Shown: positions 62,382 to 64,000 of the stretch, piece after piece
Position numbering within the stretch: the stretch's first letter is position 1
Layout: every line of letters begins with the position of its first letter
Assembly (NCBI GenBank): GCA_049303675.1
Contig: JBAQNJ010000001.1
Location: 821,443-885,442 of the forward strand
Length of the DNA: 64,000 bases
DNA from: Microgenomates group bacterium
GTDB lineage: Bacteria > Patescibacteriota > Microgenomatia > UBA12405
Direction: 5' to 3'
The notes under the pieces: model-generated
The model's input: only the letters and a program-made list of their open reading frames with translations
Databases searched by the model: none
What the model was told of the DNA's origin: nothing
Program-made: the position numbers and the translations under genes

Positions 62382-63089
62382 TTACTCCGGTACACATCTA
62401 AACATTCCGGTAGTCCCATCCAACAATGGAGTCGACCAACCAGCAGCAGTAACCGCCAGTGCCGCACAAGTCCGACCACCACTCGCATCACCCACCTTGA
62501 CTAACTCCTTGGTTCCTGTTGCTCCCCACGCACTATCTGAATTATAAAGACAATAAAGTTTGTCTACCAACTGTCTATTTGATTTAGCTTTTGGTATATA
62601 ACATACATACACCGATCCACCCGAACCAGTAGACTTGACTAAGTACAAAGAATTTTCATAGCTATCGCCTGGTACCTGGAACTCTCCCTTACCTGCAAAA
62701 GATGTCTTCAATTCATCATTTTCAATCAGCTTACCCAAATCTGCCCCACTAGTATTACAACCGCCCTCTATGGATGAAGAAGTAGTTGTCGGACCATAAC
62801 AAATTCCGAATCCAACCCGATCTGAACGATAGATAACGGAATCATCCACAGTTATTGGTGTTGTCTCGGTAAATTGCATCCATGGATAGGCTGAACCATT
62901 CACATAATAGCGCTCATAAGCATTCATCACCTCAGCCGCATCATTTTGGACAGTCGAATCCTTGGCTTTATTGGCTTGCTCAATAGGGTTGATGGTCGCC
63001 AAGACAGCCACTGAGAGGATGGCGATCAGCGCAATAACGATTAATAGTTCTACCAGCGTAAAAGCTTTTTGAGCTATAGTTCTTTTCAT
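62382..63089 (-). CDS. type IV pilin (candidate major pilin; MKRTIAQKAFTLVELLIVIALIAIL)
   Basis: prepilin motif; first pilin after pilC; followed by a strong terminator. Confidence 0.75.
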   Translation of the reverse strand: MKRTIAQKAFTLVELLIVIALIAILSVAVLATINPIEQANKAKDSTVQNDAAEVMNAYERYYVNGSAYPWMQFTETTPITVDDSVIYRSDRVGFGICYGPTTTSSSIEGGCNTSGADLGKLIENDELKTSFAGKGEFQVPGDSYENSLYLVKSTGSGGSVYVCYIPKAKSNRQLVDKLYCLYNSDSAWGATGTKELVKVGDASGGRTCAALAVTAAGWSTPLLDGTTGMFRCVPE

Positions 63090-63133
63090 TTATTTTTATA
63101 AAATAATATTAATTCTTAATTCATTATTTACCA

Positions 63134-64000
63134 CTAAAATTGGCTTGTCAAGTTATAGATTGGCATGATGACTGCTACAACCAAGAATGCCACACCCAGA
63201 CCGAGCACAATCATAATTATTGGCTCAATGGCCGAGGTCAGGGCCTTGACCGATTGTTCAGCCTCGGTGGCAAAATAATCCGAGGCCCGCAGCAATACCT
63301 CATCCAGTTTACCTGTCGCCTCACCAGTCGACACCATCTGTTCCACGATTATGGGAAATACCCCCGTTTCTTCAAACGAATTGGAAATCGGGAACCCCTT
63401 TTGCACCCTCTCGGCAATTTTAATATAAGCCCGAAAGTACACTTCATTACCCGCCACTTTAGAGACAATTCGCACGGCCTCGACTAGACCAATACCTGCT
63501 CCCAGTAACATTGATAATGTTCGCAGAGTATTGGCCAACATGGTTTTCTTATTTAGTTCACCCATAATTGGGATTTTCAATTTATAGGTATCTATTTTGA
63601 GCATCATGTCAGAATTTTTTGAAGCTACCTTCATCCCCATGATCCAACCCACCACCAAAAAAGGGAATATAAACCACCATTTGGCCACAAAATTGGACAT
63701 GTCCATTAGAGCTTGAGTCGAGGCAGGCATCTTTGACCCAAAATCAGCGTATAGTCCCATTAATTTTGGTACTACAAATATCATCATTATAAATGCCACA
63801 ATAATCATCCCTATAATCACAATTACCGGATATATCATCGCTCCCTTGACCTTGCCATTAAATTCATTTTGGTTTTCCATACTGGTAGCCAGTTTAGCTA
63901 AGATTTCCTCCAGTACCCCCGCTTCTTCTCCAGCACTAATCGAGGCAATATAAGCTTCACCAAATTCATTTTCATATTTGGCCATGGACTTCCCCAGAGG
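63134..64000 (-). CDS. pilC: type IV pilus assembly platform protein PilC (GspF family), 3' part; gene continues beyond the window end
   Basis: T2SS-F domain motifs ('…LEEILAKLA…', '…GEATGKLDEVL…'); three TM segments. Confidence 0.75.
   Translation of the reverse strand, partial: PLGKSMAKYENEFGEAYIASISAGEEAGVLEEILAKLATSMENQNEFNGKVKGAMIYPVIVIIGMIIVAFIMMIFVVPKLMGLYADFGSKMPASTQALMDMSNFVAKWWFIFPFLVVGWIMGMKVASKNSDMMLKIDTYKLKIPIMGELNKKTMLANTLRTLSMLLGAGIGLVEAVRIVSKVAGNEVYFRAYIKIAERVQKGFPISNSFEETGVFPIIVEQMVSTGEATGKLDEVLLRASDYFATEAEQSVKALTSAIEPIIMIVLGLGVAFLVVAVIMPIYNLTSQF

Noticed and set aside
1-64000. CRISPR arrays, rRNA genes, reverse transcriptases, T-box/riboswitch leaders upstream of thrS or pheS
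   Set aside because: No regularly spaced direct repeats, no rRNA-like conserved stretches and no YADD-type motifs found. The thrS upstream region (29592..30139) contains a palindromic element but nothing resembling a T-box specifier/antiterminator arrangement that I can verify by eye.

Overview
The window is a low-GC, gene-dense bacterial contig that looks like a Candidate Phyla Radiation (Patescibacteria) genome: many tandem type IV pilin genes, a DRG-type GTPase, a truncated trigger factor, short intergenic regions and standard stop-codon use. TGA works as a stop codon, for example in ATGA start/stop overlaps, so there is no sign of code 25. The content is as follows.

- **Core genes.** The start of the window carries an ABC transporter ATPase fragment, ppsA, rsmI and lexA. 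The operon thrS-infC-rpmI-rplT-pheS is conserved, but pheS stops after codon 141. Further along are a class A PBP, recG, rpmF (missed by the ORF track), nusB, rnc, rpsP and a KH-domain protein.
- **tRNA genes.** There are 16 intact tRNA genes. Ten form a dense minus-strand array (11.8-14.6 kb) interleaved with small accessory ORFs: two GIY-YIG nucleases, a four-helix-bundle protein, a NUDIX hydrolase and two paralogous 75-aa proteins. The array also contains partial tRNA duplicates.
- **Type IV pilus locus (48.9-64.0 kb).** It holds pilM, pilN, pilO, a 956-aa Cys-rich secreted protein, a Tat-signal protein, a NYN-domain protein, nine pilin-like genes, pilD and a partial pilC.
- **Island interrupting pheS (33.56-39.54 kb).** This is the most striking observation. 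A ~6-kb block encodes a fusion of an HprK-like kinase domain with an LDH-like dehydrogenase domain, a GNAT acetyltransferase, an M20 deacylase, a free-standing phosphohistidine swivel domain, a methyltransferase-like protein and an unknown protein. It ends in an exact second copy of tRNA-Phe.
- **Degraded integrative element (25.3-30.1 kb).** A frameshifted large serine recombinase overlaps the 3' end of tRNA-Val(GAC), followed by a trypsin-like protease and a repeat protein.
- **Short repeat families.** GTTAAC-core palindromic repeats occur, including one in-frame inside a coding gene. There are also GC-rich hairpins with GTTAAA-containing loops, a recurring CCGAAAGCTTTCGG hairpin, and an AATTCGTAATTCG microsatellite-like motif.

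No rRNA genes and no CRISPR array were seen. All functional calls rest on reading motifs from the translations by eye. None has been checked against a database.
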